Source of the DNA: Escherichia phage outra
Length of the DNA stretch: 64,000 nt
Strand: one strand, 5' to 3'
Sequence record: MN850645.1
This document shows, piece by piece, positions 61,504 through 64,000 of this stretch (position 1 is the stretch's first letter; each line of letters opens with the position of its first letter). The translations under genes were made by a program, and so were the position numbers. The notes under the pieces were generated by a model. That model did no database searches and was not told the DNA's origin. It saw nothing but the letters and a program-made list of their open reading frames with translations.

Positions 61504-61687
61504 ATTTTCTCCTATCGTGTCCACTCTTTGTGTTGTTCTACATACTCAAGCATTTCATTATATAGTGCTTTTTCATATAATGCGGCGTTAGTTTCTTACT
61601 ACCAGGTAGCGTACTCTCGCCTTCCAAATCATTAATACCTTCACCATATACGGTAAGCATAAAAACTCCTTTAAAATCAAAGAGATG

Positions 61688-64000
61688 TCAGTGACAAGAC
61701 GCCCATGAGTTACCAACATCGTAACCAGCAGTGAGAGGTACATTAAGATTGTAATACTCACCAGCTTTATTAACAGCGATAGATGCTAATTCTCCAGCAC
61801 GACTGTAGGCTGTAAACCAACCACCTTTCGGAGATTCATGTACGTTAGCCCAAATCTTGCCAGTACGTTTCTCTTCCTCTTCTTTCCAGGCATTAACTTT
61901 ATCCAAACATTCTTTATCAATTTTCTTTTGTTCTTCTGGATCATCAACTTGAGTCCAACCTAAAGATTCTTTAGAGAACCATTTAAAATGCACCAGATCA
62001 CGAGTTACTTCAAGCTGTGCTTCATCGTGATATGCAATCATTTGTTGAACGAATGACTTATTTTTCCAGTCATCAACAAAAAAGTCAACAGCTAATCCTT
62101 CTTCTTCGATAAGATCGTCGTAGATAACCATTGCTCTTTTTGCACAAATAACACCACCACTCTGGAACAGAGAGTTAAGTATTGCGTGTGCAGATCGTGT
62201 AGGTACTTTCCTACCATCAATACCCAGAATGTATTTCTTACCTGTTTTAACCCAAAAGTCATGCAGACGTTCTTTAAGAAGCGCAAGAGGTTTTGCAGCT
62301 TCCCAGAAAGCATCGTATACAAGCTGTCCTGTATACATATCACTACCTATAGTTTTTGCTACTTTTGCAGCTTGAGCACCATAAGTAATACCATACTTAA
62401 CAGATTTAGCAGGGCTTCGTTCAAACTTACGACCAATAGTGTCAGAAATACGTCGAGCCATCATTGTATGAACGTCATTAGGTTTTTCCAATAACAGAGC
62501 ATTACAATATTCGTGTGGTTCCTGCTCGTACCGCCAACAGTAGTGTGATTCTATTTTTGCCTCAAGAGAATCAAAGTCATAACCAATTTGGAAGTATTTT
62601 GGAACTTCTACACCAAATAAGTTACGCATTTCATATCCGTACAGAGATGTTACACGTGGGATATTTGCTACTAGCCTATGTTTCATACGAGACGTAGCTG
62701 CATCACACGTTGCAGCAGGAGTTGGTATACGACCATCAGCCCTTACTGCTGCCAGATAACCTTTATCGTAATCCTCTTCATCTTCTTCCCAATCAGCACC
62801 ACCCCCTAGAATAGAGTTCCTACGGTGTTTATACGTAAGATACTGCACAATCTGCGTAGCATAAGGAAACTTTTCACCTAGTGCTTCCAAGTTAGGACAA
62901 ATATCTTTCTCTTGCCCTTTTGTAAAGGAAGGGTTCGTAAGCACTTTAACACCACGACCTTTAGCTTTAGCAATACGATCTCTTAGTTTCCATTCCAAAG
63001 TTTCTGGTGTGCACTCCAGATGATCACATCTGTCCTGGCAGAAGTTAGATGCTAATGTTTGATCAACATAGTCACGAATAGCTTTCTCCATTTGTGCTTC
63101 ATCTTTCTTAATCTTAGTGCCAGATTTAAGAGTGATATCTTTATCTTTATATTCAGATGGACTCCAACCTAAACCAACTAACCAGTTTTTAATATGTGTA
63201 GTGTCGTCTAAAGTAGCAGGTACTGTAGGATCACAAATAGGTTCTTCTGCTGGAATAGGTAGTTTAAACTCTTTACCTAATGCAAATAGCCACCAACCAT
63301 CTTCTTTTTGTACAAGTTCACCAGAATGTTTCTCTGCAAACTTTATCATGTTACTTGAAGGTTCACCATTCTTTTTAAACTGTAGTTTAGGTGGAATGAA
63401 TGATTTCAAATAACCTTTAGTAGCAGGTTTAGGAGGTAGCACAGGTTCTGCCTCTAAACGACATGCTTCCATTCGAGCATCCAGATCACGAATATTATCT
63501 TCTGCTTGTTTCATATTGAAAGCAAAGCCACGGTGCTCTTGACGTGTAATAATATCAGCTACACGTTGTTCTAAGTTAAATGGTTCAGACCACTTGTTAT
63601 AATCACCCCACTCTTCCATCAAATAACGGAACACTGCGGTGTTAGCTTTGTTATCGTAAATACAGTAATACAGCATATCTGCTGCAAATGTTTTAAATCT
63701 TTCAGTTTCAGGAATGTTTTTTCTAAAATCAATTTTAACATCCCCTCCAGCTTTCTTAGATAACTCTGCCAGACTATGACCACCGAAGCGATCAGGGTTT
63801 AGTGTCTTACTTAAGATCATAGTATCACAAATTTCAATGTTACTATTACCCCAAGTATTGTACTTAATACTGTAGTTGAGTTTAAAAAATAATTTAATTG
63901 CCAGTAAGTCAAAGTTAATGATGTTATGTCCAACTACTTTGGTAATTTTATAGTTTGAATTACCTTTAAATTTACCTGTTCCATTTACAAAATCAGGAAA
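61688..64000 (-). CDS. DNA polymerase, family A (T7 gp5-like); N-terminus lies beyond window end
   Basis: DRFGGHSLAEL (cf. T7 KRFGSHALEAWG), motif A YDFDSLEAKI, motif B KYGITYGAQAAK, motif C AYHDEAQLEV, C-terminus NSWASCH (cf. T7 NWAICH). Frame is open upstream of track start 63820, with a VVGHNIINFD-like Exo II segment near 63900-63930. Confidence 0.8.
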   Translation of the reverse strand, partial: FPDFVNGTGKFKGNSNYKITKVVGHNIINFDLLAIKLFFKLNYSIKYNTWGNSNIEICDTMILSKTLNPDRFGGHSLAELSKKAGGDVKIDFRKNIPETERFKTFAADMLYYCIYDNKANTAVFRYLMEEWGDYNKWSEPFNLEQRVADIITRQEHRGFAFNMKQAEDNIRDLDARMEACRLEAEPVLPPKPATKGYLKSFIPPKLQFKKNGEPSSNMIKFAEKHSGELVQKEDGWWLFALGKEFKLPIPAEEPICDPTVPATLDDTTHIKNWLVGLGWSPSEYKDKDITLKSGTKIKKDEAQMEKAIRDYVDQTLASNFCQDRCDHLECTPETLEWKLRDRIAKAKGRGVKVLTNPSFTKGQEKDICPNLEALGEKFPYATQIVQYLTYKHRRNSILGGGADWEEDEEDYDKGYLAAVRADGRIPTPAATCDAATSRMKHRLVANIPRVTSLYGYEMRNLFGVEVPKYFQIGYDFDSLEAKIESHYCWRYEQEPHEYCNALLLEKPNDVHTMMARRISDTIGRKFERSPAKSVKYGITYGAQAAKVAKTIGSDMYTGQLVYDAFWEAAKPLALLKERLHDFWVKTGKKYILGIDGRKVPTRSAHAILNSLFQSGGVICAKRAMVIYDDLIEEEGLAVDFFVDDWKNKSFVQQMIAYHDEAQLEVTRDLVHFKWFSKESLGWTQVDDPEEQKKIDKECLDKVNAWKEEEEKRTGKIWANVHESPKGGWFTAYSRAGELASIAVNKAGEYYNLNVPLTAGYDVGNSWASCH

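Noticed and set aside
61688-64000. Apparent stop codon and 1-nt frame break just upstream of the DNA polymerase start at 63820, suggesting a split or pseudogenised polymerase
   Set aside because: This came from my own one-base misregistration when hand-copying positions. With the ORF-track frame the reading frame stays open to the window edge and encodes Exo II- and Exo III-like segments colinear with T7 gp5, so the gene simply runs out of the window.
1-64000. Classification as a T5-like siphovirus (suggested by tRNA array, T7/T5-like polymerase, FEN nuclease, collagen-like fibre)
   Set aside because: The morphogenesis module has a sheath-sized plus tube-sized gene pair, a short 659-aa tape measure, and gp25/J/I-like baseplate genes, which points to a contractile-tail phage; T5 hallmark structural genes are absent.
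1-64000. Prophage or integrative element features (integrase, att sites, rRNA, host genes)
   Set aside because: No integrase or recombinase motif, no rRNA and no host-like housekeeping genes; gene content is that of a virulent phage.

Overview
This window reads as a ~64 kb segment of a large, AT-rich virulent dsDNA phage with a contractile-tail (myovirus-type) morphogenesis module; it is not a bacterial chromosome and shows no integrase or CRISPR. Tentatively it resembles Felix O1-like phages, but that is inference from gene content only. Layout: (1) 1-15762, minus-strand early genes for nucleotide metabolism and DNA/RNA repair (partial NrdA, ThyX-like, thymidine kinase, HNH endonuclease, DEDDh exonuclease, FEN-like nuclease, RdgC-like, MazG-like, ATP-dependent DNA ligase, and a kinase / RNA-ligase / phosphoesterase trio) plus many small unknown ORFs; (2) 15763-16171, an AT-rich divergent control region; (3) 16172-18870, a Prs-like + Nampt-like gene pair; (4) 19618-22535, a dense tRNA array (about 17-19 genes) with sigma70-like promoters and small ORFs; (5) 23658-24324, overlapping Rz/Rz1-like spanins; (6) 24333-58288, the complete plus-strand morphogenesis module, including a terminase large subunit interrupted by a mini-intein, lambda-like head genes, sheath/tube/tape-measure/baseplate genes and several large tail fibre/spike proteins with enzyme-like domains; (7) 58324-64000, minus-strand DNA methyltransferase, SSB-like protein, a small nucleotidyltransferase and a T7-like family A DNA polymerase that runs off the window end. 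The most interesting candidates are the NAD+-reconstitution-like pair, the tRNA-repair-like cassette, the terminase intein and the enzymatic tail proteins. All functional calls come from reading motifs in the supplied translations; no database search was run. tRNA coordinates are hand-folded and approximate.
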